From NCBI RefSeq assembly GCF_009914755.1, contig NC_060927.1: DNA of 64,000 nt; one strand, written 5' to 3'. A model generated the notes under the pieces. The model was not told the DNA's origin and did no database searches. It was given only the letters and a program-made list of their open reading frames with translations. Source of the DNA: the human T2T-CHM13v2.0 reference genome, Homo sapiens. The position numbers were made by a program, and so were the translations under genes. Below, one piece after another: positions 29,177 through 43,639 of this stretch (within the stretch, counting starts at the first letter, position 1; the number at the start of each line of letters is the position of its first letter).

Positions 29177-29470
29177 TTTTTTTTCTTTTCTTGAGACAGG
29201 GTCTTGCTCTCTACTCCGAGGCTGGAGTGCAGTGGCACAATCACAGCTCACTGCAACCTCCTGGACTCAAGCAATCCTCCCACCTAAACCTCCAAATTAG
29301 CTGGGACTATAGGAACATGCTGCCGTACCTGGCTAGATTTTTAATTTTTTCTAGAGATAGGGTTTCATTCTGTTGCCCAAGCTGGTCTCAAACTCCTGGG
29401 TTCAAGCAATCCTCCCGCCTCAGCCTCCCAAAGTGCTGCGATTACAGATGTGAGTCCCGTGCACCTGACT
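29177..29470 (-). mobile_element. AluJ
   Basis: AluJ diagnostics ('gagacagggtcttgctct', 'ctcaagcaatcctccc'); TSD GAAAATTCTT (29167-29176 / 29471-29480). Confidence 0.95.
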
Positions 29471-29785
29471 GAAAATTCTTACAATTTTTTTATTTTACAG
29501 CCTCTCTTGAAAATACTTGATCCGTGTTATCAGGAGCAAAGAGTGACTACACTCTTAGCACAGGGTTCATGCTCTCCCAATTTTCAGAGTCAAAGCCAGC
29601 CTACCTCATTTATTTACAGTGCCTCTCTCTCTCCTATTTATATTTCAGTTTGCAACCCATGTGTAAACAAAAGTTTTAACGGTACTTTTTACTCTGGTTA
29701 CCATAGCTTTATCCCCTTTCTTTATCAGACTGATATCCTCTACCCAATCACACATTCACACATTCTTAACCAGTATAGCAACAAC

Positions 29786-29787
<2 letters not shown>

Positions 29788-29817
<30 letters not shown>
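29788..29817. repeat. (TAA)10 microsatellite
   Basis: Perfect run. Confidence 0.95.
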
Positions 29818-29820
<3 letters not shown>

Positions 29821-30419
29821 TTAAAAGGTATTGAGTAACACTTATTTTGTGTTCACGCTGTGCTAGCTAAGCACTGTACTAAAGCAGCTATATTCTGCAA
29901 CAGTCAGTATAGAAAAGCTTCCACTGCAGGAACAAATAACTGCCAATCTCAATGACTTAATGCAGAAAAGTTCGTTTTGTACACACATTTCACATCCAAT
30001 GGGAAGCAGCACGGTGTTCTAATCCACTATAGTTGCTCAAGTATCTAAACTGACCAAGGCTCTACCATCTTGTGGTTTCCTTTGATCTTCTCAAAAATTT
30101 AGTAGACTTCTTTCTATTCATTTGCCAAAAGTTACATGGACCAATATCTTCACCCATCATTCTTTATGAAGCATGTTATTTAAAAACATTGTTTTCCAAC
30201 CTTTTCCCCTAGAACTTAAAGTTTATTCAAATATGATCTGCCTCTCAAGTTATAGCACATGACAGTATTACCAAACATTTTGCTGCTACATGACATGGAC
30301 TGCATTCTTCTGGTCTCTGATATCACTATCCTCATTGTCTTTGGCCCAATCATTAAGCCAATACAAAAATACTTTGGGTTTTTATAATAATAACACTCTA
30401 CTTCCTGTAAGATCAATTA

Positions 30420-31125
<706 letters not shown>

Positions 31126-31129
31126 TCAT

Positions 31130-31270
31130 TATACCATCTAACTCTCGTTACAATGTTCAGAGGTAGGTATTACTACCCTCACTCTACAGATGAAGAAAGT
31201 AAGACTTAGGGAAGTTGAATGACTTATCCAAGGACACAAGTAGTAAGTGGAAGATGCAAGATTGGGATTA
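31130..31270 (-). mobile_element. MIR
   Basis: 'gaggtaggtattactaccctcactctacagatgaagaaagtaagacttagggaagttgaatgacttatccaagg'. Confidence 0.8.
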
Positions 31271-31869
31271 CAAAAGGGTTGGACCAGGCAGAAGAACTGC
31301 AAAAGAACTGCAACCAGAACATACTTACTATCTACATCTTCTAGGTACTTCTAAATTTACTCATTTACCATAAGTTAATTGATTCACTGCACAGAAGGTT
31401 CTAGTTTCAACTTTACCACCATAGTGTAATTTTGCATAATTCACAACTTTGGTCTCACAGAGCTTATGATTCACCACCTGAACCTCAGTTTATTTGTCCA
31501 TGATTAAAGAAAGTGGACTAGTAATTCCTAATGCCCCATCCACCTCTGAAACTTGTGATTCACTTCTAAGGCCAGTGTGAAATTGATTTAGAACTCAAGA
31601 TATGAGCCCTCCAACAGATGCTGATGCATTATCCATGGAAGTGTGGTGGCCAGAGTGACATTTCATGAGAAAGCATTTTTATCAGTGCTTATTTGTATTC
31701 ACCTGAAATACTTAAAATATTTTATTTCTCAGAGCAAGAAATAAATGTGTAATACATAACTCCAAGAAAGGCTTTTAAGAGAGAAAGTTTATCATCATTG
31801 ATGCTGCATCACCATAAGCAGACTGATCAGGGCCTTCTCTAAATCCTGCCAAATGTTATTATTTTACCC

Positions 31870-32520
31870 GATCTAAGCACCCACCACTGGATTATTGCAA
31901 TAGCCTCCTACCTGAATTCCCACCTTCCCCCCTTGTACTGTTAGGATCTATTCCTCACACTGCAGCCAGAATGACTCTGTCACAACATAAGTTAGAGCCA
32001 GTCATAATTCTGCTGAAATCCCTCCAATGGCTTCCCCTCTCATGCAAAGTGAAAGTCTAAATCCTACAGGGAACCACGTCATCCGCCCCTGCCTCTCCGC
32101 AGCCACACCAGCGTTCTTGCTCTTCCTTGAACACTCCACGCCTGCCACCACCTCAGGGATGCTGTCCTCCCTCTTCCTCACCCTGAAGCTCTTGTCTCCT
32201 GGAGAGCTTCAGGGTTCAGCTGCTCACCACCCTCATGTCTCTGCTGACATAGTAGCTCTGTCTCAGATGTGTTGGGCCACTTCCATTTTTAAAAGCACCA
32301 TGTATTAGCCTCTGTCCCCTTTCCCTTAATTTTTTTTTCTTCACATTTAACATCGTTGGATATACCAAGTATTTGTGTATTAGTTGTCTCCCTAATAGGA
32401 AATGATAGAATGCTCCTCCATGATAGCAGAGACTTTATCTGCTCACTGCTGTATCCCCAGTGCCCGGAACATTTTATGTCATATAGTAGGTGCTGAATAA
32501 ACACTTGTTTAATAAATGCA
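31870..32520 (+). mobile_element. L2a 3' region
   Basis: 'ctggattattgcaatagcctccta...cactgctgtatccccagtgcccggaac...tagtaggtgctgaataaacacttg'. Confidence 0.88.
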
Positions 32521-32836
32521 CAAATACATTACTTAAATACTTGGTGCAGTATTTATAATAGAAAGTAAATAAAATGAAGCTCTTCTCATCTATTATAATT
32601 ATTACTGCACTCTGACTGCATATTCCTGCTCATTCTGGGAGAAGTGCATGTTCTTGTTTGAAGAGCTATCTTAACTTTGGGTGTGAAGTTTTCAAAGACA
32701 ACAGAAAAAATCAACAGGTCTCTATGTAAATTCCAATGAAGGAAGGATTCTAGAATGAGAACTCAAGTGGGCTATTCATCTTGAATAGACTATTAACGTC
32801 ATAAATAGAATACTATTAAGTCTAAGTAAAATAGAA

Positions 32837-33017
32837 CTATGCTGTCCAAATATGGCTATTTAAATTTAATTAAAAGTACATAAAATTTAAAATTCTATCT
32901 CACAGTGCTACATTTCAAGTGCTCAGGAGCCACAGCTGGCTGGTGGCTACCTTATTAGAAAGGATAGGTATAGAATATTTTCCTCGTTGCATTTTATCTT
33001 GCATGGTGCAGAGCTGG
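32837..33017. mobile_element. MER3 hAT MITE
   Basis: 'gctgtccaa...acatttcaagtgctcaggagccacagctggctggtggctacc'. Confidence 0.7.
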
Positions 33018-34119
33018 AGTTCAGCGAATGTACTAATGTTGGAATGTTGTATTCTACTGGGATTTCCCTTGTGGGCACCATAGAGCTCCTATATTAACAA
33101 TGGGATAGAGTTGCCCCCAACTGTTACCTTTCTCAGTCATCCTTGGAAAGGGCAAATCTTGGGAAAGGAAAGGAGGATATGGATATTAGTTCAAGAAGAA
33201 TTTAGGAATTTAAGAATAAGATTGGTACCTGGACTTGAAGCAGCTATAGGAGCCCAGGGACACCCCCAGCTGTGGGAAGAAGTTGGCCTCAGCTAACGAA
33301 GGCAATCAGAGAGCTGGGCAGAAGGCAATCTGACAGGCCTGAAACTCTGGGTTCTGAGAGCAGTCAGATGAGCAGCCAGCAGTGAGATAGCCATCAAGGA
33401 TCAGCCTCATCAGCAAAGCCAGTAGTTCTTTGGAACCAGAATAGGAACTGGTGGTCCAGATGAGACCAGGATATGACACAACCTAACAGGGAAGCACATG
33501 TGAGATAAGTCTCCAAAAAGCAGCAGGGAAAAGGAGACCCAGAAAGATGGAAAGGTGCCGAGATCCTGCTATCACATGGCCAGAAGTCTTCTTAATTGAT
33601 TACCTTCTACCTACAAGCTGCTGAGGCTTTTGCTGGAGCGAGTGTGGATGGAGTCAGGCAATTTGTTGTGTGTATATCACAGTAAAAATATCCACTCCCC
33701 GCCCTGTTGTACCTACTCATGTCATTCCCAGTCAACAATGGCCCTTTTTAAATTGAAGTAGAAGTCAATAGGTTACCAATACGTTGAGGATAACTGGAAC
33801 CAAGTCTTGCCTGGGTTCATTTGGAAAATCAATGAAATGTGTACCGAGAGCCCTGCTGACATGTGGGTAAGGATTTTCAGGAGGAAATAGTGGAGAAGAT
33901 GTGGGACAGGCCCAATGGGCCTCTTTGTATGCAGGCTTCTCAGCCTTCAAATGAATGAAGGAAGAAACTGGGCACAAAAGTCTTCACCCAGTAAAGAAGC
34001 CTGAGCTGTAGGATGGAAGGGGCAATTCTGAGTGTGAGTTCAGAGGCATAAACAGCACTACTAGGGACCTCTTTGGCAAAGCAGAGTGCAAAACCCAAGA
34101 GGAGAGCAAGGCATTCTGC

Positions 34120-34788
34120 TCCAGTTATCATTGCTGCCTAACAAACCATTCCAAACTGAGAGGTGTAATACAGCAATTGTTTTATTCTAGCTTATGATTC
34201 TGAGGGTCAGGAGACAGGAGTTCACACAGGGCAGCAGCAGGAAAGGCTAGTCTCTGCTCCACAAAGTCTGAGCCCTCACCTTGACAGTGTGGGAGGCCTG
34301 TGGGTGATCCAAATGGTTGTGCAATAGAATTATCTGGAGGCTTCTTCACTCACATGTCTGGCTGAAATGACTCAAAAGCTAGACTCAGCTGGGACTGTTG
34401 GCCTGATCACCTACTTGTGGCCTCTCTATGCAGCATAGTATTTTCATGCCAGAGAAACTGGGTTCCGAGACAGACCATCCCAAGGGGAGGACCTGAAGAA
34501 TGAAGTTCCAGGTGACAGTGCATGGCCATCCCAAGGGGAGGACATGGAGAGTGAAGTTCCAGGTGGCAGTGCATGGTCATCCCAAGGGGAGGACGTGGAG
34601 AGTGAAGTTCCAGGTGGCAGTGCATGGCCTTTATGACCTGCCCTCAGAAGCCACATAACATCATTTCTGCCACGCTCTATTAACCAAAGCAATGATAGAC
34701 CACCGAGATTCTAGGAGAAGGGATGTACACCCAACTTCTCATTTGAGGGAGCATCAAAGAATCTAGAGCCGTATTTTTAAACCATCAC
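34120..34788 (-). mobile_element. MLT1F/H-like LTR
   Basis: 'ccagttatcattgctgcctaacaaaccattccaaact...gccgtatttttaaaccatcaca'. Confidence 0.75.
34475..34627. repeat. Tandem repeat, 3 x 51 bp
   Basis: Units start at 34475, 34526 and 34577: ccatcccaaggggaggacNtgRagaRtgaagttccaggtgRcagtgcatgg. Confidence 0.97.
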
Positions 34789-34937
34789 ATATTCTTCTCT
34801 CCACTTTGGCTTTACCCTTTCAAGGGCTGCTGGCCCTCACTTGTAACAGATACATCACTGTTTGTTGACATGGTGGTGCTCAGCACGAGGCTGGCTAGTT
34901 TGTAAGCACATAAGAGATATCCGTTGAAGACACCTAG

Positions 34938-35375
<438 letters not shown>

Positions 35376-36189
35376 TAGAGGGAATATGGCTTATACTTAA
35401 GAATGGCCAAATTAAACAGGACAACCGGTGAGAGACCCACAAAGACTATGGAAGACATGAACTAAAGCACCACATCATGCAATGCTACCCATTTCTGGAT
35501 GGCTGCAGACTGCAAACTAAATGAGCTATTTTGTTCCGTTGAAATAAGGAAACAAGCTGTGCTTTTCAATCCAATTATTTAAGCCAACCTTGAGTCTTCT
35601 AAAAAGAATTGCAGGCATGATGTGCTTTAAAATGCTAGCCACAAATGTTCATGGAAATGCAAACTTCATGTGCGGAGTAAGGAAAAGACTTGATGGTAGG
35701 AATTGGCTCTTCAGCCACATCCCTGCACATCTTTAAAAATAAAATAAACCATACAGAATTTAATTCCAAGTGCTTGATTGTTCTGAAAAATCAGAGGGAA
35801 TTTGAGCCAAAAGGGAGGATAAGTAGCCCCCATCCACAAAGGATAAATATCTGCTCCATAATTTATGGGAATGCAAATCATCCAAGCAGCAGTCTATTGG
35901 CATTGACTGTATTTTCATCTAATTAAATGGTTACACAAGTCTCAGAATGTCATGTCTCCTACCAGCTGACCCTATTCCCATGACTTTCCCTACAAGAGTT
36001 CAGGGGAACATGACACTTGAGAAAGACATTTTGTTTTTAACCTAGAGAAAAAATATGGATTTGTGCTCTCTGAGGAGAGCACAGAATGACAAGAAATAGC
36101 CAGGAGGGTCGGGGGAGCCACCAGGAGGAAGCATATTCTACACAAGCAGGACAACCAAGTCAATGCTCTTATGTCAAGAATGAATTTGG

Positions 36190-36500
36190 GGCTGGGCGCA
36201 GTGGCTTGCTCCGGTAATCTTAGCGCTTTGGGAAGTCAAGGCAAGAGGATCGCTTGAGGCCAACAGTTTGAGACAAGCCTGAGAAACAGCAAGACTCTGT
36301 CTCTGCAAAAAAGTTAAAAATTAGCTGAGTGTGGTAGTGTGCACCTGTAGTTCCCACTCGCTACTCAGGAGGCTGAGCAGGAGCATCACTTGAGCACAGG
36401 AGATCGAGGTTGCAGTGAGCTATGATCATTTCACCGCATTCCAACCTGGGTAACAGAGTAAGACCCTGTCTTGGAAAAAAAGAAAAAGAAAAGATAAAAA
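36190..36500 (+). mobile_element. AluJo inserted in an L2
   Basis: AluJ diagnostics; TSD aagaatgaatttg / aagaatgaatgtg. Confidence 0.93.
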
Positions 36501-36722
36501 AAGAATGAATGTGACCTTCTTAAAGAAAAGAAGGAAGCTCATGGGGCCAGGATGTAGTGGGCAATGTGAAAGCAACAAAGGATGAGATCAGGGAGATAAG
36601 CAGGCACTGTGGTAAGGAGCTTAGAGTTTAATCTAATTATGGTGGGAAGAAGCTAGAGGACTTTAAACAGGAGAGTAACTCTGGAAATTGAGTGGAAAAT
36701 AGCTTGAAAGGGGTCCAAAGTA

Positions 36723-36803
36723 TTTGTGCTGGTGCAAAAGTAATTGCGGTTTTTGCCATTGAAAATAATAGCAAAAACCGCAATTACTTTTGCATCAACC
36801 TGA
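36723..36803. mobile_element. MADE1 (Hsmar1-derived MITE)
   Basis: ~80-bp near-palindrome 'ggtgcaaaagtaattgcggtttttgccatt...gcaaaaaccgcaattacttttgcatcaacc' flanked by TA. Confidence 0.95.
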
Positions 36804-37143
36804 TAGAAGCAGTATACAAATGAAGTGGCCACTGCCTGCGATGATTGGTGCTGATGTCTTAGACTACAATGGTAGCAAATGAGGCAGAAATGTTGGGAGA
36901 GTCTAACATGTCTCAAAGGGAAAGTCAACAGAAGAAAAGACAAGATATACTATTATGCTAAACAAGTTTCTGTCTTCTTACTATGTGTTACCCAAGACCC
37001 CCTCTATATGCTAGGATGGTGGAGGAAAAAAACAACATCAAAGGGTAAGAAAATCTTGCCCCACAGGATTAACTTCCATTGGACCATTACATGAAGAAAG
37101 TGCTCTCACATGCACATTCTCACTTGATCCTTACAACAATCTT

Positions 37144-37427
37144 TTTTTTTCTTCTTTCTTTGAGACAGAGTCTTGCTCTACTGCCTAGGCTGGAGTGCAG
37201 TGGTGCAATCTCGGCTAACTGCAACCTCCACCTCGCGGGTTCAAGCCTCCCAAGTAGCTGGAATCACAGGCACACACCACCAACCCCGTCTGATTTTTGT
37301 ATTTTTAGTAGAGACAGGGTTTCACCATGTTGTCCAGACCGGTCTTGAACTCCTGACCTCAGGTGATCCTCACCACCTAGGCCTCCCAAAATGCTGGGAT
37401 TACAGGCGTGAACCACAATGCCTGGCC
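37144..37427 (-). mobile_element. AluS with small internal deletion, inserted in a MIR
   Basis: TSD CTTACAACAATCTT (37130-37143 / 37429-37442). Confidence 0.95.
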
Positions 37428-38699
37428 TCTTACAACAATCTTATAAGGAAAGGAAGCACACCTAATGAGTTTAACTTTACCAATTAAAAACTCAGGATTT
37501 GAAGACTGTGATAGACTAACCCAAGGATACACACTTAGCAAGTTGCTAATCCAAGACTTGCACAAGTCCTTTTAGCATCTGTTAAAAATCCTCTACATTG
37601 TTTTCCAAAGAGATTTGTTCTAATGATTATAATAAATCTTAGTTCTTATTGAGTGTTCTCTCTTTCCCAGACATTGTGACAATTCATGACATATATCCCC
37701 TCTTTTAATCCTACAATGTAAGTACCATTATTGCTGTCCATAACTTTTCAAAGCTTTCACAGCTGTTAAATGCTAGAACTAGAATTTCAACCAAGGAAAC
37801 TTACTCCAAAGCTCATTTCCCCAGCCATAACATTAAGCTATTATAGACAGAACAAGTAGAATCTCTTGAAAAGTCCATAGGTCATCTCCAGTGTTAGATA
37901 TCTTAAAATAATTTTAAATACTAATATTATCTCAGACCTTTAACAACCCTGTACTGAAAAATAATATACAAAGACTCTGGATATTTTTCTCCTAACCTCT
38001 GATAATCATTGAAGAATCTATTTCTCAATTTCTCTATCTGGCCTGTGAAAAATGTCCCAGATATGAAATCTGATGATCTGCCCTTTTACCATTTGATCCC
38101 TAGCAACATCCATCTATAGCCACCAGTGTAATTAGAGATGTGTCAAAACATCAAGGCTGTTGGCAAGATTTACTTTATCATTTGCTCAGAAACATAAAGC
38201 ATCCATTACAGGGCCAGAACTTCATAATTATAAACATTTCTTAAAGACAAATAAGCCAGCAAGGGACAAGCAAATTCGCCCAAATAAAGACATCTATTTG
38301 TGAGATTTCCTCGAAGGTATCTTCTATTATTTAACCAAACATTACCTCACTTTTTTAAAGAAAAAGAATACTTTTGCTTTGTAAATAGAGCATCTGCTAT
38401 TCAAATGCATTATATTAAATTATATACCATTTAGAATTAGAAGAGACTTCAGGGACTATGTAATTTAATAGTCTCAAATTGTAGACAGAGACACTTAGTT
38501 CTGTGATATTTATTGTGTATCCGGGGTCCCCTAGTGAGTTGATTACAAGACCTGGCCTCTGACTCCCAGCAAAGTGATCATATTTTGTCATCTTCCTTTA
38601 TATGTTACCTTTACTAGTATATTAACATCTTCTCTCTCCAATAAAAAAGGTTGTTTAGAAACTTAGTCTAAAGTTATCCACATAGATGGATTTTCATAT

Positions 38700-38980
38700 G
38701 TTTTACAGTTGAGTAAACTCTTCCAGATCCAGTTCAAACGTGGCTACTTTGACTGTCAGACAGAATGAGTGATTCCGTCATTGTGTTCCCAGAGCATTCT
38801 GTTCATTTCTCAGTAGCTATCATATTGTCCTGTAATATTTCTGTTTAAATATCTGTCTCCTCTATAGGACTGTGAGTTCGTCAGGGCAAAGATTGCCTTA
38901 ATCCATCTTGTATACCCCAGCAGATTGCACAAAATACACCCTTACTAAAAGTTTTTATGAATGAATGTGTTGCTGAATTA
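38700..38980 (+). mobile_element. L2 3' fragment
   Basis: 'tatctgtctcctctataggactgtgagttcgtcagggca...atgaatgaatg'. Confidence 0.75.
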
Positions 38981-39053
38981 ATCAATTACTAGATATCACT
39001 TGGTCCGCTCTCTGAGCTCAAAGAGATAGGACTATCATCATATTGCTCTCATA

Positions 39054-41525
39054 CACAAACCCACAGCCAACATAATTCTGAATGGGGAGAAGTTGAAAGC
39101 ACCCCCTCTGAGAACTGGAATAAGACAAGGATGCCCACTATCACCATTCCTCTTCAACAGACTACTGGAAGTCTTAGCCAGAGCAGTCAGACAAGAGAAA
39201 GAAATAAAGGACATCCAAACCGGTAAAGAGGAAGTCAAATTGTCACTGTCTGCTGACGATGTGATCATTTACCTTGAAAACCCCAAAGACTCCTCCAGAA
39301 AGCTCCTACAACTGATAAAAGAATGCAGCAAAGTTTCCAGATACAAGAGCAATTACACAAATCAGTAGCACTTCTATATGCCAATGATGACCATGGGGAG
39401 GATCAAATCAAGAACTCAATCTCTTTTACAATAGCTGCAAAAAAAAAAAAAAAAAACTTAGGAATATACCTACACAAGGAGGCAAAAGACCTCTACAAGG
39501 AAAACTACAAAACACTGCTGAAAGAAATCATAGATGACACAAAGAAATGAAAACACATCCCATGTTCATGGATGAGTAGAATCAATATTATGAAAATGAC
39601 CATACTGCCAAAAAGCAATCTACAAATTCAATGCAGTCCCCATCGAAATTCCACCATCATTCTTTACAGACTTAGAAAAAAGAATTCTAAAATTCATATG
39701 GAACCAAAGAAGAGACTGCATAGCCCAAGCAAGACTGAGCAAAAAGAACAAATCTGGAGACATTATGCTACCTGATTTAAAATTATACTATAAGGCCATA
39801 GTCACCAAAACAGCATGGTACTTGTATAAAAACAGGCACATAGGCTAATGGAACAGAATAGAGAACCCAGAAATAAACCCAAATACAGCCAACTGATCTT
39901 CAACAAAGCAAACAAAATCATAAAGGGGGAAAGGACACCTTTTTCAACAAATGGTGCTGGGATAATTGACTAGCCACATGTAGGAGAATGAAACTGGATC
40001 CTCGTCTCTCACCTTATACAAAAATCAACTCAAGATGGATTAAGGACTTAAATCTAAGACCTGAAACTATAAAAATTCTAGAAGATAACATTGGAAAAAC
40101 TCTTCTAGACATTGGCTTAGGCAACGATTTCATGACCAAGAACCCAAAAGCAAATGCAATAAAAACAAAGATAAATAGCTGGGACTTAATTAAACTAAAG
40201 AGCTTTTGCATGGCAAAAGGAACAGTCACCAGAGTAAACAGACAACCCACAGAATGGGAGAAAATCTTCACAATCTATACATCTGACAAAGAACTAATAC
40301 CCAGAATCTACAACGAACTCAAATCAGTAAGAAAAAAATAAACAATTTCATCAAAAAGTGAGCTAAGGACATGAATATACAATCCTCAAAAGAAGATATA
40401 CCAATAGTCAGGAAACATATGAAAAAATGTTCAACATCACTAATGATCAGGGAAATGCAAATCAAAACCGCAATGTGATACCACCTTACTCCCGCAAGAA
40501 TGGCCATAATCAAAAAATAAAAAAACAGTAGATGTTGGCGTGGACGCGGTGACCAAGGCACACTTCTACACTGCTGGTGGGAATGTAAACTAGTACAGTC
40601 ACTATGGAAAACAGTGTGAAGATTCCTTAAAGAACTAAAAGTAGAACTACCATTTGATCCAGCTATCCCACTACTGGGTATCTACCCAGAGGAAAAGAAG
40701 TCATTATACAAAAAAGACACTTGTGCATGCATGTTTATAGCAGCACAACTCACAATTGCAAAAATGTGGAACCAACCCAAATGCCCATCAATCAATGAGT
40801 GGATAAAGAAACTGTGAGAGAGAGATATATACACACACACATATATATGCACATATATATACATATATACACATACGTATATATATGTGAATATATATAC
40901 ATACATATATATGTGTATATATATACACATATATGTACATATATACACATATGTATATATATGTGAATATATATACACATATATGTACATATATACACAT
41001 GTATATATGTATATATACACATATATGTACATATATACACATATGTATATGTGAATATATATACACATATATGTACATATATACACATATGTACATATAT
41101 GTGAATATATATACACATATATGTACATATATATATATACACACACACACATATATATGAGATGGAATACTACTCAGCCATAAAAAGGAATGAATTAACA
41201 GCATTTGCAGTGACCTGGGTGAAATTAGAGACTATTATTCTAAGTGAAGTAACTCAGGAATGGAAAACCAAACATCGTATGTTCTCACTGATATGTGGGA
41301 GCTAAGCTATGAGGACACAAAGGCATAAGAATGATAAAGTGGACTTTGGGGACTTTGGGGGAAGGGTGGGAGGGGGACAAGGGATAAAAGACTACAAATA
41401 GGGTGCAGTGTATCCTGCTCAGGTGATGGGTGCATGCACCAAAATCTCACAAATCACCACTAAATAATTTATTCATGTAACCAAATACTACCTTACCTCA
41501 ATAACCTATGGAAAATTAAAAAAAT
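39054..41525 (+). mobile_element. 5'-truncated L1PB1-like element
   Basis: Frameshifted ORF2 ([20 protein letters not shown]); L1PB-type 3'UTR 'gagctaagctatgaggacacaaaggcataagaatg'; TSD ATATTGCTCTCATA (39040-39053) / ATATTGCTGTCATA (41526-41539). Confidence 0.95.
40817..41158. repeat. Complex (TA/CA/TG) microsatellite with higher-order units inside L1PB
   Basis: ~340 bp mostly alternating purine-pyrimidine; recurring 'gtgaatatatatac' at 40887, 40963, 41051 and 41101. Confidence 0.95.
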
Positions 41526-41634
41526 ATATTGCTGTCATAAAAAAATACCTTTGGGTAAATAAGTCATAAACAAAGCAAAGTAGACAGCTGAAGAGATTAT
41601 CTACTTTGGGGACAGAGTGGGGAATGAGGATAAA

Positions 41635-42497
41635 TGTGTCAATCTGGGTCCAATCAGGAAATCCGGAGACAGAAGCCACACAATAATTAAACAGAAGTTT
41701 AATATAGAGAATTATTAAACGATGCTAAGAGAATAACTATAAAGATATAAAGAGAACCTAAAGGATGCCTTGGACCACTGGAGAGTATCCAAGGAAAAAC
41801 AAACTTGGAGGGGAACCCCCACCTTAAGACTGAGGTTCAGACCTCATGGAAGGTGTGGTTGCACCCTTACTAGACAATGTAGAAGTTTACAGTTTTGCCT
41901 GGGCCAGGGCTGGTCCAGTGTTGTTAGAAAAGCAGCAGCAGCCCTTCAGGGCACAAGTGAGCAGTGGCTGGTAACTGGGCATGCAGAGAGTCAGGGAACC
42001 ACTGCAGGTGCAAGGCCCAGAGCACATGGGGTCCACATCAGGAGAGCCACAAGAAGCAAAACCTCTGGAGCACATCCCAGCTGAGGGTGGTGGGAGCATG
42101 CACAGGTGGAGTCAGGGTGCCTCTGCAGGTACAAGGCCAGAAGCATGCAATGTCCTTGTCAGGAGGGCCAGAGAACAATGGTCTCTGGGACCGGGCTGGG
42201 GCTGGAAAGTTGCTAAGGGATTGCCCACTCAGATACACTGCTGGGGCAGAGCACCACAGACTGTGTCCCCATACGTGCACCACAGCCTGATCAAACAGGA
42301 GCAGGAGAAAGCACAAGCAACCAGGACAAGGAAGAGAAGCCCCATTCCTCTCGCAACATCCCTCTAACACCTTCTACTGACAGAGTTTAGCATCATGCTC
42401 ACTGAGGAGAAGTGCTTAAAAAGTCCAGTCCATTCTCATAGAACAAATACTCAAAGAGGAATTTGGAGCTGAAGGGAAGAAATTTGTGACTGTCACA
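41635..42497 (-). mobile_element. ERVL-class solo LTR (LTR41/LTR50-like)
   Basis: TG...CA termini 'tgtgtcaatctgggtccaatcagg' and 'gtgactgtcaca', ~860 bp; subfamily uncertain. Confidence 0.65.
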
Positions 42498-43639
42498 AGG
42501 ATCCAATACTCAGTAAATAAAAGACAGTTGGACCTAAGTTATGGTGTCCTCTAGTTATGTCTCTTTATCTGTACAATGAGGACGGTAATAGCATCTACCT
42601 TGAATGTGGTATAAATACAAAGATCTCATGGGTACTTAGAACAGTGACAGCATATGTGCTGATCATAGGACAGTGCCTGGGACATACTTAGAATTCAGTA
42701 AGTGTTTGCTATGGTTATTTTCATAACTTGTAAAACCAGAACCTGAATGAGGAGACTCAAGTTCCCATCCTAGCCCTGCTATTCACTGACTCTGGAGCAC
42801 AGAGCAGTCACTCCCCACTGGGCCTTAGCTCCTGCTGCTGTAAAGTGGCCCTTCCCCACTTTTAACCTCCCATGCTCCCATCTCACATAGCCAATATCTG
42901 TGCCTTCTGCTCCACACAAGGGAAGCCCATGTCAGGGTGTATAGTGAGCCTCACCCTCAAAACTGAAACTAAAAGAGAAGACAGAAAGGTGATTTGGCTG
43001 CACTGAGAAACATTGAAGCCATTTATAATATAAAAACAACTCAGTGTTACAGGTTTTCAAAGTTTCTGCATTTAGAAAATCTTAGACACTTCTGCTGAGA
43101 GTTTTCAGAACCGTTGGAAGCCAACAGCAAAAACTAGGAACCAACTTATTCGTGCTTAGTTAGATTAGATGACCTCTTATGAAAGATGATAAGAGGAGCA
43201 TGAACAAAGTTCTCTTGCCTTAAAATTATTATCTCTCATTACTATCTCACACATATACCTGTACCCATACTGCCTTTCATTTATTAGATAAAAAAAGAAT
43301 TGCCCCCGTATTCAACCGCAAGCATACATGGAAAGAATACTGCATTGTTATAACTATCATATATACATCCTTTAGTGTGAGCTTTCTTGTCACATGTCTT
43401 CCAAGTGCTTCAGAATCCAAGAGCATACCCGAATGCAGGGGGCTGAGAATAGCACTGGTCTCCTGGAAAAGAGGCAGGAACACTGCAAGGGAAGCTGGAA
43501 GGGCCTGAAAAATAAACATTGCCAGCTTCATAGCTTTTCCTGGAGCCACCTCAGTAGGAGGATCCCATAAATCAAGAAGCCCACAATATTTCCCTGCCCA
43601 TATACAACAAGTGTTCACAATTCCAATAATTTTATTACT

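Noticed and set aside
29041-29472. Alu-overlapping ORFs (also 10925-11197, 35147-35458, 37173-37487, 59000-59440)
   Set aside because: Typical Alu translation products
34407-34692. ORFs with 17-aa repeats
   Set aside because: Consequence of the 51-bp tandem unit inside an LTR; no coding evidence, and not a CRISPR array (no spacers, eukaryotic DNA)
40682-41204. Several 75-156-aa Y/I/M/C/V-rich ORFs
   Set aside because: Translations of the stop-free TA/CA microsatellite
41770-42370. Cluster of 100-128-aa ORFs
   Set aside because: Lie in the GC-rich middle of an ERVL-type LTR; no gag/pol/env similarity seen
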